Positions 13,112 to 25,442 of a stretch of 64,000 nt of DNA are shown one piece after another. Where the stretch lies: NCBI GenBank assembly GCA_044892525.1, contig CM097885.1:11162001-11226000 (forward strand), in the 5' to 3' direction. Origin of the DNA: Schmidtea polychroa. Taxonomy: Eukaryota. The notes under the pieces are model-generated. The model searched no databases. It was not told the origin of the DNA and was given only the letters and a program-made list of their open reading frames with translations. How positions within the stretch are numbered: position 1 is the stretch's first letter; each line of letters opens with the position of its first letter. Position numbers and translations under genes: made by a program.

Positions 13112-14746
13112 TTTGCGAATGAATCCAAAGGATCCAATAGAAAATATTGCTAAAATGATATATAATAAACTAAAGATGGATGCTATGCCGTGGATAAAGT
13201 TAAAGGGAGGATGGAAAATACTGTATGATGAGATCTTAGTTGAGAGTGCTAAAGAAAGCATAAAAGATAATACTACTGCGGAAGTAGATGATACCGAAGA
13301 GACAGTAAAATTCTAGTTAATAAAATAGCGATGAAACCAAGTTAAAAAGAGACAAATATTTGGATATTGTTTGTATCGTCTTTCTCATTCTCGATAGTCA
13401 AAATTAATAATTGATTACAATTGATCAAGTTATTATTATTATTTCAACTATCTTAATTATTTTTTAATTATTCTGTATCGACTAACAACTTTGGATGCTC
13501 CTTTAATTGGTAATCTCAGATATAATATAGCATAAAAAATACACTATGAAATATATCCAAATTTATAAGGCATTCCTTCTCTAATTCATTAATAAAGTAT
13601 CATTTACACTTGTAAGTCCAATCTTTCATTAATACCATGAATGTAGAATATATTCGGCAACCAAAAGTAATTGTAATACCTTGTATGTCTTACTAATCCG
13701 GACTAATAAACCAAGTGTTCGCTATTAAAAAATTGAAATACCAACGTTATAAAAAAGTTGATGTTATGCTGCCGAATGAGTCTGACATACGAGGTATTAT
13801 ATTTTATTTCAATAATTTCCTGATGATATTATATTTTATTACTATATATAAATATAATGCCGGCTTCCCACTAAGAATTTCAGAAATTGGAAAAATGTAA
13901 ACTTTTGTTGTGAACATTGGATCTGAATCCAATTGTATAAACTATACATGAAAGTTGAATCTTTTTTCTTGGTATTTCAATAAATAAAATAATTGGGCCC
14001 AAATAATGATACCCATAAACATATTTTTAACACTATATTATTTGCTTTTCGATTTTTATTATTATTATTATTTAAAACAATAAAGTGATAATTTAAACCT
14101 TATTATTATTTTTTTTTAATATTATTTATTATTATTATTTTTATTTTATAATATTATTATTATTTATTATTATTTATTATTATTATTATATTATTTCATT
14201 AATAGCCAATGGGTATATTGTCTCTTCTTGATGAAGAAAGCTTCTTTCCAAAAACCACTGACAAAAGTTTTGTGGAAAAATTATTTAAAACTCAAGAAAA
14301 GCACCCAAAACTCACAAAGGGTAAATTCCGTTCCAATGTCAACTTCTCTGTCGTACTTTATGCCGGTCGCGTAGATTACGTGGCAGATAAATGATTAGAG
14401 AAAAACATGGACCCATTGAATGAGAATGTAGTTCAATTTCTACAAAAATCAAACGTGCCTTTTTTCCAGGTAGCTATACTCCTAAATGCTTTTTCAAGGT
14501 TTATTCTTGGAATTATTTTCTATTAGTCCATTTGGAAAGACGCTGAAAACTTTGTTACTTTATCAGCGACTGCTAATCAAGAAACTCAGTTTGGATCTGG
14601 AACTTGCAAGGGAGTGATGAGAACCGTCCGTCAACTTCATAAAGAATCTTTGGTCAAATTATTGAATGTCCTGAACAATACAAATCCACATTTTGTGCGT
14701 TGTATAATTCCTAATCACGAGAAAAGGGTAATAATAATAATTATTA

Positions 14747-14750
<4 letters not shown>
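13112..14750 (+). repeat. ~1.6 kb block repeated at 25746-27390 (four copies in the window)
   Basis: Identical 67-aa and 61-aa ORFs and a myosin fragment at offset ~12634, with several substitutions. Confidence 0.9.
14206..14727 (+). pseudogene. Myosin II heavy chain motor-domain fragment, 2 exons (14206-14469, 14527-14727), premature stop
   Basis: [61 protein letters not shown] intron; TGG>TGA at 14392-14394. Confidence 0.85.
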
Positions 14751-14844
<94 letters not shown>

Positions 14845-15179
14845 CCTTTGAGGGCCAACCGCCACTATAGTGGCAAACTAGTTCTAAAAATATCAAATGT
14901 GGTTTTTCTTATATAAAATTAAAAAAGAAAATTTTTTTTCAAATAAAAAAATTTCATAAAACACACTGTTTATATAATATTAGCTAAAAACTAAAATAAA
15001 TCAAACTATAATGAAAATCACATTTCTGTGTGTATTTTTATAAAACTAAACAAAACGAATGATTTTTTTCAAGAAATTTTTTTTCTAAAAACTACGAATC
15101 AATATGTAAAAATAAGAAAAGACAAAAAATTCAATCGAGAAATAAACTATTTTATTTTTTTTATAAAATATTTAGATTC

Positions 15180-15380
15180 ATGTAAATAAATTTTATTTTA
15201 AAAATTTTAAAAATTATAAAATTAATTTTTTTCCCAGTTTTTAATGAAATAAATAAAATATTTATAAAAAAAATAAAATTAAAAAATTTATTTAAATTTT
15301 AATATTTTATTTATTTCATTAAAAACTAAAAAAATTAATTTTATAATTTTTAAAATTTTTAAAAAAAAATTTATTTACAT
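15180..15380. repeat. AT-rich long inverted repeat (foldback) upstream of RPB5
   Basis: ATGTAAATAAATTTT...AGTTTTTAATGAAATAAATAAAATATT mirrored by AATATTTTATTTATTTCATTAAAAACT...AAATTTATTTACAT. Confidence 0.75.
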
Positions 15381-15456
15381 TTTTTCAATATTAATATAAT
15401 TAATAAAATTGTTTAAATATTGCGTTTTGCTTTTATATAAAATTCATCATTTTACA

Positions 15457-16179
15457 ATGTCTGAAAATGAATTTCATGAAACACAATATATTAATAAAAA
15501 AAATTTAAATAGATATAGAAGAATACGACAACATACTATGGAAGTAAATACTGTTCCTGTTTTGTACTCATTATCTTATATTTCTAGATGCTTCATGATC
15601 GTGGGTTTAAAATTGAAAACAATATTACTACCGATATGTCCTTTAAGGAACAATTTCTAAATAAAGTGCTAAAAGATTTAAATTTTTCTTGTTTAAACAG
15701 CCGAAATGAAAGTATTTACGTGTATTTCTCTGGTTGTGATTTTAGGAAATCGTCAATTGATGACTCGATAAAATATTTATGTGAGCAAAATTACGACGCA
15801 GCAATTTTCATTTTCAATGAGCCGTTGAATGCGATTGTTAGTAACAGAGTTGCAGAGGTTAACTTCAATAAATTAGTTTCATTGGAAACATTCGTCGAGG
15901 AAGATTTAATTGTAAATGTCACGAAACATTCATTTGTTCCGCGACACATTTTGATGTCAGAGACAGAGAAACTTGCAGTGTTGAAGAAATAGTAAGTATT
16001 ATGATTGCAATAATTAATAACAAACCCCTTCTAGTCAGGCTACCGAGGCGGAATTTCCAAAGATATTTATCACCGACCCAGTAGCGAAATATTACCATGC
16101 AGCCAGACATCAAATGTTTCACATTATCCGCCAATATGAAGACGGAGAGCAGTATGATACTTATCGGATCGTTGTGTAA
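15457..16179 (+). CDS. RPB5: RNA polymerase I/II/III subunit RPB5-like, divergent; exons 15457-15543, 15588-15991, 16035-16179
   Basis: TMEMLHDRGF, LETFVEEDLIVNVTKHSFVPRH, FPKIFITDPVAKYY, TYRIVV*; 44- and 43-nt GT-AG introns give a continuous frame. Confidence 0.88.
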
Positions 16180-16419
16180 TATATTATCGCTTTCCTTTGC
16201 TTGTTTTCATTGGTTAAAAGATAAGATTTTTATGATGTTATTATTTTGATTGGCTCATTTGTTTTGGTTTTGATTTATGCTTTTCTCTTTTTGTTCAATC
16301 TATTGTTTTCTTTTGAAAGGGTTGATGGAATGATTTTTATTGATTATTTGTAACTCTTTCATTTTTGATTGGATAATTTGTCTATTGCGTCTTAATTAGA
16401 TAAATCATCTAATATATAC

Positions 16420-19008
16420 AATGAAATTCATCTTGGGGGTATCTTAGGAATATTCATAAATAGATTGAGTTCAGCAATTTGTTACGCACTGGCGGCGATT
16501 AGGATTCGATTGAATCTTTTCCAAACATCAATATTGCTATACGATTATTCCTCACACTCCCCGTAACAATTGCTTCGTGTGAGAGAAGTTTTAGCAAGTT
16601 GAAATTAATTAAAAACTATTAAAGATCTGCTATAGAACAAGATAGATTATCCAATCTAATCATAATATCTATTGATCGTAAATATTGTTTCTTCTCGATA
16701 ATTATTTTTTGAGAATTTCTCGCGAAAAATGCCAAATAGAAAATTCTCATTTCTCGAGAATTTTTTATAAATCAATTTTTATTGTATAGCGAAAAAATTG
16801 TACGAATATTTTCACAACCACTGAACTATGAACGACTTTCTGTCGATTTGAAGGTTTTATTATAAATGTATAGTATCCAGGTATGACTAAAAATGTTTAT
16901 AAATTTCTAAAGACAAAATTCGTTTTATCTCTGGGTAATAAATAATAAAAGAAGCTACTCACAATGCCGTTCTGAACGCGTCCATTTGTTCCCCATAAAA
17001 CATGCTTCCTTTCTTAGAAAATACAATTAGACAATTTTCACGTAGCTTTTATTATGTGGATTTGGTTATCTCAAAGAGAATCCGAAATCCGAATACCTAG
17101 ATTTTATTACGGTTGAAATGCGTTTGCTTATGACGGTTGATGAATAGGTTTTGTCGTTTATGGTATTCATTTATATGTATTCATTTCAAAAATTTGCTTT
17201 TTTTGTTCCGAAATAAATAACCATTAACATATTGTTAAAATATAATTATTTTGAAATTATTAAATAATTATGCAGGAAAATACTTTTAATTTAGAATCCG
17301 AAATCAGATTTCGTATTGTTTTAATATTAAAATTTCTCGATACTTTAACAAATGTAAGTATGTGCATTTGCGTTTCGTTAACATTTTAAAATTTCATTAA
17401 TTTATCATTAACCTTTTTTAATTTAATTATTAGATAATCTTACTACCCATCATGAGTAAATCATATCAAGACTGCTGGCAATATTTTAAGAAGTGCAAGA
17501 GCAACACCGATATGGCAGTATGTAATATTAGCGCGAAAACTCTTTCCTACAAAGCCTCGGCAACAGCTGGACTTCGAAGACATCTTGAGGGAGTTCACGG
17601 ATTTCAAAGAACAGCAAATCCATCGACGAATGTGATCAAAGACAGTGGAGATTATCAAGTTGATAAACATGCTCGATATTCTATAGATGAAACAATTGTA
17701 AAGTTTCGAAGACAATCCACGTTATCTGAAGAAGTTACTACACTTGCAGTGATTGATCGATTTACATTAAAGCAAATCAGCCAGTCTCGATTAATTAGAC
17801 AAGCAAAAAGCGCTATGAGACTTAAATTTTAGTAATCTGTGGAGCGAAGAATACATAATTATTGCTGAAGAGATCCTAAAAACTTTGCAGTCAATAAAGG
17901 TCACTGTGGAATTTCTTAGCAGAGAAGAGACTACACTGTTGACAGCTGAAGGGGCTTTAATATTTTTATTTAAGCAATTGGAGAATACTGATTCTGGTTT
18001 AAGCTTACACGGGCTATTAAAGATGAGTTAAATAACAGAAGAAACAAGCCATTGGTTTCATTAATAAAATATTTACAAAATCCAGAATCCATCTCTAATT
18101 CAAAAAAATAATGACTTCTGTGGTTATTCTTCAAAATCAGAATTATGCAAAATTGGGAAAAAATTTGTGAAAGATTATTTAATGTACCAATAAATTGCAA
18201 TGAGCCTCATCAATCTGTTGAATCGTTGGAATCTACAGAATCAATATAAGAAATCGATAACCTATCATTGGCTCAACAATTGGAGCAAGAAGTTTCATTT
18301 AGCCTTGTGAAGAGCAAAATTAAAAAACCTTTGTCTTACGGAGTAATAGAAAAAGAATTCAAAATATATGAATCGACTGGAAAGAGAACGGATAATTTAC
18401 AATGCTTATTTGACGCGTTGTTGTCTATTAAACCGACGTCCACTCAAAATGAAAGAAATTTTTCAGCGGCAGAAAATTTCTTGACAAAAAAAGAGCAAGA
18501 ATGTGTGATAAAACTTTGGACGCAATGTGTTTCTTAAAGGGTTATTTCAAAAACAATAAATAATGATTTATTTTAATATACACAATTTAAAACAATAAAA
18601 TTTTAAATGTTTATTATTCTCTAGATGTTATATTTCATTTACATACTAAGATAATAGGTTTATTAATATTGATATATACATTTTATATGTTATATTTTCT
18701 TATTTCAAATACACTTATTCACTTCTCAAATTTCTCGAGAAATCCCGAGAAATTTGGAAAAGCGATTTCGAGAAATGAAAATCATCGAGAAATCAGAAAA
18801 ACTAATCGTAAAGGATATTAATTACGACGATATAATTAATGACTTTGCTCAAATGAAAGCTAGAAGAAAACGATTAAATGAAAATTAAATAATCTTATAA
18901 TATAAATAATATAATATATTTTTGTGTACAATAAATTTAATTTATAATTAAATATAATTAATTTTCCCCAAAAAATATAGAGCCCTAAAAATGTTAGTTA
19001 CGGCACTG
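16420..19008 (+). mobile_element. Degenerate hAT element 3' part, host of a nested hAT
   Basis: FPNINIAIRLFLTLPVTIASCERSFSKLKLIKNY*RS..QDRLSNL continues after the insertion as INYDDIINDFAQMKARRK; terminus TAGTTACGGCACTG; left end not found. Confidence 0.75.
16683..18804 (+). mobile_element. Nested, internally deleted hAT element with BED finger
   Basis: 8-bp TSD ATCGTAAA (16675-16682, 18805-18812); imperfect TIRs; many subterminal TCTCGA motifs; ORF 17452 CWQYF..AVC..GLRRHLEGVH; ORF 18268 LLSIKPTSTQNERNFS. Confidence 0.8.
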
Positions 19009-19341
19009 AATACTGTCTTTATGATTGAGCTATATTATTTTACTAAACGCCATTACTCTCAGTTTTTGACAGAAAGATTTGTTGTTGTAACCGATTTAAA
19101 CGATATATTAACGTTTACACATTTCTGCGGTATTTAAATAATATAAGTAATAAGCATACGTACTCCTTGCGTTATATTGATATATAAATAATATTGTATA
19201 ATATACAAATAATATACGATAAATATTTAAATACAAAATACTACAATTAATTTTTAAATGTAAGTAATTTAAATTTATTTTTCATTTCTTAATTTTGATA
19301 ATTAATACATAATTATTATTATATTTAGTGAAATCCTCGTC

Positions 19342-19860
19342 ATGAACGTTGAAATTAATAAAAAATTGAAAACAGAACAATATATTTTAACTGACAAGAA
19401 GAAGGCGAAGAGTGATCTCTGGAGAAATTTCAAAGAGATCGTTGATAAATCGAATTATAAAGACATTGGTTATGTAGGTTACATGACAAAATTACACAAG
19501 ACGAAATTACACAAGACTATTATGTATTAAGTGTGAAACAATTTTTAGTTATTGTGCCAAATTTAAAGCTACATTCTTATAAAAAATAGGCAATTACAAG
19601 CAGCTCAACATCATCCAAAACCAGCATTGATATGGGAAATTTTTTCACTCACAGCCTAAAACATTGCAAAAGATCAAAGACCGACTTACAAAATCGTGTA
19701 GTAGAGATGTTCGTCCATTTGACATCGTAAGTGGCAGCGGTTTTATAAATTATTCACAGGAATTGATTCGAATTAGAGCTCAAAATGGCAACTTGCATAT
19801 TAAAGATATATTGCCACACGCTACGACTGTTTTTCGTAATACCCACAACGAAGATCAGCG
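19342..19860 (+). mobile_element. hAT (Hermes/hobo-like) transposase N-terminal remnant
   Basis: KSDLWRNF..IGYV (BED start); DVRPFDIVSGSGF..ELI..DILPHATTV.RN; stops and frameshifts. Confidence 0.7.
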
Positions 19861-20533
19861 GCACTCAAAAAAGGTAACAATAACGTTTCCCATCTATACG
19901 AAACAAGAAACCTCAAGAAAATTCAAGCAACAAAACTTATTAACAAATTAAATAATAAAATCAATTCTATTAAAAGTCAGAATAAAAAGAAAATATGGCT
20001 CTCCAAAAAGAATCTGGTGAGAGAAACTGGAAGGACGTTCTCACAAACCGACTTCAATAATATAAAACGGTTTTCATGATAACCGCCTTATATAATGACG
20101 ACACCCCAGAAAACAATGCCAGATTCTTTTATATGACAGAGACAATATTACAACAGTCCTCGTCATCATTGAGTGACCTCGAATGGAAGACCATATTAGA
20201 ACAATTCTTAGTCCCAGAAGAATGGCTAAAAAATTTAAAGCCAATCCATAATTTCCGGAACTAAATAAAGAAGATGGTGATCTCATTATCAATATAATAG
20301 CAGCTTTGAGATTTTACCAGTTCATTTCCCATATCAACCAAACTAATTCCATTAAATATTTCCAATTCGGGATAATGAGAACTATTATTGGAGTCCCTTG
20401 TTCTTTCAGATTAAGAAAACAAATCCCATACTTAAGAAAAACAGTGGTTATTCAGAACTCAGATGATCATATATATGAGGAGTCTCAGATCCCAGAAGTA
20501 GAAATTATGGAGACAACTACAGATGAACTAGAC

Positions 20534-22992
20534 CAGTGGTGCCCAACCTTTTTATCAAGTGGGCAACTATTTAAATGAAAAAGTCTTTGCGGGCACATTT
20601 TTGAAAAATTAGTTAATAGAAAAATGATCTTATAACAATCTTTTTATTAGGAAACATGCATTTGTATTAAAAATTTAAAATAATAAAAATAATAATGTGA
20701 AACAAAACAAACAAATTTATTTATAACATCATTTTAATGCGGCTTTTGAATTTGAGTCTAGCTAACAAGTTGATCAATATCAGGATTGATTTTTGAAATT
20801 GATAATAGAATGAGGTTTTCCAAGTGAGCATCAGTGAGTGAACATCTGAATTTGCTTTTTATGTAGTTCATTGAAGAAAATGTCTTCTCACAAATGTAAG
20901 TTGATCCAAATTTGACCACAAACCGGAGTGCCATGTTGTTAAGTTCAGGATAGTCATTTTTTGGAACAAGCTTCCAGAATGCTTTTAAGTCGGGTGAAAT
21001 AGGTGATTCACAAAGCTCTTGAAACTTTCTCTTTAATCCTGTGTGGTTTTGAATGTCAGTAATTTCCATCTGTATTTTTGGAGAATACTTGCTGATTTCA
21101 CTTTCTGATATAGAGAATGGATTAATGAACAATAAAATGTTATCCTTCTCTGCCTCAAAGTCAGAAAATCGAGAAGAAAATGAATGAGACAAATTCATAA
21201 TGGCAAGTTTGTATTTTTCATAGTCCAAGTTGACAGTGATTGAACTTTCAAGTTGAAATTTCTGAAGCGTGGGGAAAAGATCCAGATTTCCTTGAGAAAG
21301 ACTGTTATAAAACAGTTTTAATTTTGCCTTAAATGCATTGATTTGATTGAATAGTGTTGGGAACAAACTATTTTCACCTTGCAATCCTGTGTTCAAGATG
21401 TTCAGGTAATTTGTGACATCAACAAGAAAAGCCAATTCACTCAACCAGGAATTGTTTTTCAAAAGATCACACTCGGTAGGCAACTCTTTTTTTTCTTCCA
21501 AAAATTGCAGTACTTGGGTCCTTAACTGGAAAAATCTTGACAGCATTTTTCCCTTTGACAACCAGCGAACAGAGCAATGGAGCAAAAGTTCACCACAATC
21601 ATCGGTTTCCTCTTCAAACAGGGATCGGAACTCTCTTCTATTTAGAGATCGTGCTCTAATCTTGTTAATACAGTGCACAGCTGTGTCAATAACATGCTTG
21701 AATTCCATATCCTTTGAGCAAAGAACTTCTTGATGAATAATGCAATAGTACTTAAAAAGTTTTCTTTTTAGATATTTTTCTAGAAGGGAAACACAACCGT
21801 TGTTTTTTCCAACCATTGCAGGAGCTCCATCTGTGCAGATACTTTCCAGTTGATTCCAGTTGAGCTTATACTCGTTGATGCTTGAATTTTCCACACAATC
21901 TTTCAGTGCTTCAAAGATATCGGCTCCAGTTGTTGTGGTTTTCAGTTGACAAAGGCCAAGAAGTTCCTGAACAACATCGAAGTTTTCATTGACACATCTT
22001 ATATAAACCAGTAATTGAGCACTGTCAGTTGCATCACAGCTTTCATCAATTGCAATTGAAAAGTATTTTGAAAGTGAAGCAGCAACAATAATTTGTTTTG
22101 AGACATCATTGGTCATTTCTTCAATTCTCCGAGTAACTGTAATTCTTGAAAGTGCTATGTTTTTGGACAGCAATTTGTTTTTTGGGTCACCTGAGTTTTC
22201 AGCAAAAATAGAAATTGCCTCTTTTACCATTTCACCATCTGAATAACTTTTTTTTTAATCTGGCAAGCAGCAGGGAAATTTGAAAGGAAGCTTTTGTCAT
22301 TCCGTGCATTTCTTCTTGTCTTTTGGTAAAAAATGTTTGCTGAACTGCAAGTTTCGATTTTCTCTTTGAAATAAAGTCAGTTCTGTCTGCAGATCCAATT
22401 GGGTATTTGATTTTGAATTCTGAATGCATCTGATTAAAATGACGTTCCACATTGTATTTTTTATACACTGCAACTGTGTCATTACAAATCAGACAAATTG
22501 GCCTTGATGATTGTGAATGTGTGAACAAAAATTGTTCTTCCCAGTTATTTCTTAACACTTGTTGCGCAGATTTTTCATCTTCACGTTTTCTTTTTTGAGA
22601 CATCCCTTTGCTGAGAGACATTTTTGTAAAAACAAAAATTATTTTTTTTATTTGGACAAATTGTTGTCCACCCTGAGAGATTGTTTTTGGTTGACTGATT
22701 TAAATAGAGTTTTTTAACTAACGATGTAACGATATTTGAGTTAATTAATTTTAATTTAAAGTAGGAAAAAATTTAATTTTCTTGGAATTCCCATTTAATA
22801 ATTAATTGTTGGGATTGATTAATTTTAATTTCGAAAATTAAAAATGCGCTTGTAATTCTCATTGAAACATTATACATCTTAATGTTAAAAATTGATATTT
22901 TCTTTAACCGTATTTAGAAAAACACCCACGGGCATTTGAAAAAGTCTCCACGGGCACATTTTTGCCCGCGGGCACTAGGTTGGGCACCACTG
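20534..22992 (-). mobile_element. hAT transposon (SPIN/Charlie/Buster type)
   Basis: Perfect 16-bp TIR CAGTGGTGCCCAACCT; 8-bp TSD AACTAGAC (20526-20533, 22993-23000); subterminal CGGGCAC motifs. Confidence 0.95.
20734..22621 (-). pseudogene. GTF2IRD2/SPIN-like hAT transposase, frameshifted
   Basis: CLICND..NVERH, IAIDES, CTDGAPAM, CIIH, VRWLSKG, FGSTYICE; extra base in the T9 run at 22248-22256; premature TAG at 20758 before TQIQKPH*. Confidence 0.88.
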
Positions 22993-25014
22993 AACTAGAC
23001 AATCCCCCCAGCGACCAAAACACAGATAATGAAATACAACAGACAGAGCCGGAAAAGATAAAAACTACAGCGGTCGAAACTCACTACTCCCCACAACAAA
23101 GCGAGACAACCGAGACTAACAAAACTAGACGAAAAGCCGAGATCAGTGTTGAGATTATTTCTGGAACCAAAGAAAATTGTCAATCTAAACACATGATGCT
23201 GCGGAGAGAAAAAAACCAAAACAGTTGATTAGAGGAGGAGCTGTTGAGAAAGATAAGACCACAAAATCTTCCTACGAAGGTGTTATCAATAATGACCTGG
23301 AAATTAACTGTAACACAGGAAGATGCAGAAGGTGAAGAAGCATGGATAAAAGGAGGAAAGAATATTTAAGTGCGTCCAGTGCACGAATCCAATCAATCAT
23401 AAAGAAATTACGGCTCACATTAGCAGTCACAAAGATAAAATTATCAGGAAGAGAAAGGAGAGCAATATCGTCAACATACCTAATGAAGAGGATATCCCAA
23501 CTGATAAAAACTGATTGTCTCTTCCTGTAATAGAATAATATACGAGATTCATCTCAAGTAGCCCAATAGAACATGGGACTAATGTATGCTACATAAACCC
23601 CTCTTGTGCTGGCTACTTAATAGAGGATAACAAATCTGCTCTCTATACAAATATTCACATGAAGACTATTGTAGGATGGGATTGGGTTATATGGCTGATT
23701 CACTGTAACTTAGGACACTGGACAACCAGATACCAGAGGCCCGAAAAATTCTGATAAAGAGCAGGATGGACAATTTACATATAATGACGACTCAAGAAGA
23801 ATCCACCTTCAATCAATTATCAACATGCGAATATCCCAAACTGTACAACAACTACGACTGTGGGATATTAGCAAACCTTGCATTTAAACCAGAATTGGAT
23901 GACAGAACAATATTATCATCAACAGCCAAAATAAATTAAATCTTTGAAAAAATAATAATTTTTTTTCAAAGGTTTTCTGTGCCCCTATATTGTATATTAT
24001 ATAAATTAATTTGTTAATATGAGTTAAAGTAATACTTTCGGAAGTAAAGTTCTAATTTTCCCTCCTTATATATCTAAATAATCTAAATTACTTTTATTAC
24101 TTTTAATCATCTAGAACAGTGTTTCCCCACTGTGGGGATCACGCCTCAGAGATAGGGCAACGCGCTTCAGAGTTTGGACACGTCAACAATTATCAAATAT
24201 TCCAAATATAATATGCTCAGTTACGACTAAATATAACAATATTAAGTGGAATGGCATAGGTTTGAAGGCTAACATTTTCGATTTGTCAATTAGTTTTTTC
24301 TCCCGAGTCGGTTTCAGTGACGTGACACTGATTCATTTGAGCACACTCCGTGTGTGTTTGTTGCTTGTGTGGACACATGTCAATTCTGACGTGGCACCAC
24401 ACCCGAAATCCCTGCATAATTGGAGTGTGCATTGTACTATCCAAGTATTAGGATGTGAGCAAACGAGGGGGAGGGTGTGATATTATTTTATTTACATCAT
24501 ACTACCACTAAAATAGACTAAGGACCAACGACCATGGACAGCAACAGCTACTACTACTACTAGCATGATTTCTATGTATTACAAATGGAAGATTTCCTTC
24601 CTTTTTTTAATTTTCACATCTTTTTGCATACCATCTATTAAAAATGACCAATAGATGCAATTTTTGTATTGTTAATTGAAGGGTATAACATGAAATAACT
24701 TTGGAATTGCCTTCTAATTGGTATGGTGTTACTGAAGATGAGTATGGTAAGGCTCAACTAATTTCACTTTACCAAAACTGTAATAATTTGTTAGACTATA
24801 TTTTAACATACCTCAAATTAGACGTAATTCTCCTTGCGGATTTTTTTCAGTAATTCAGTGAAAAGGCATATAATGGTCTTGAGCCTCTAAATTTCTGGTA
24901 GTTTAAAATAATTAAATAAGTATTATGTAATATTCCCCATGAAAATCGCTAAAGAATTAATTATAAAAGAAAAAAATTATTAAATATTGAAGATATCATA
25001 TCTATCGAATCGAC

Positions 25015-25442
25015 TTGCATGGATGTCATGGAAGTTTTTTTAAATGGCTAAGGAAGTTAGATATGAAAACGGTCGGGTAGGCAAATTTTATTAACACTTG
25101 ATAATGCCCAGTCCATCCTTCCGTTAATGATTTTAAAGCTTTTGTTCTTTCCACCAAATTGCACTTCAAAAATTCAGCCACTTGACCAAGGAATAATAAA
25201 ATCCCTTAAAGGACTATACATAAAAAAAATTGAATCGAAAATTTGGTTTTGAACTAGATAATAATCAAAACTTTATTTATACTGATCTTATAAAAGAAAT
25301 CAAATTGAAGGATCCCTTAATGTTAGTTCTCGAAGCTTGGGGTGAGGTAACAACGGAGACAGCAGTGAATTGTTTTCATAAAGCCATGAATAATTCTAAA
25401 CTCGATACCAATGACCTGTTTAATTTAGAAGAGCCGGAGTAG
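25015..25442 (+). mobile_element. pogo/Tigger DDE transposase remnant
   Basis: WM..F.KWL..LD, ILLTLDNA, LFFPPNCTSKIQPLDQGIIKSLK, AWGEVT..T..NCFHKA, with frameshifts. Confidence 0.8.

Larger units (their letters stand above)
19990..23938 (+). mobile_element. Decayed coding element with Ulp1/C48-like protease motifs, interrupted by a hAT
   Basis: A-rich coding-like sequence continuous across the AACTAGAC TSD; WLIHCNLGHW (23692-23721) and YNNYDCGI (~23844-23867); boundaries approximate. Confidence 0.45.

Noticed and set aside
13113..13316. 67-aa ORF repeated four times
   Set aside because: Non-ATG start at the duplication edge and no recognisable family; recurrence is explained by the duplications
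22240..22260. Programmed -1 frameshift at A-AAA-AAG in the hAT transposase
   Set aside because: The downstream ORF is in the +1 frame; a homopolymer insertion explains it
24116..24180. hAT-like terminus CAGTGTTTCCCCACTGTGGGG
   Set aside because: No matching second end or TSD found; too short to call
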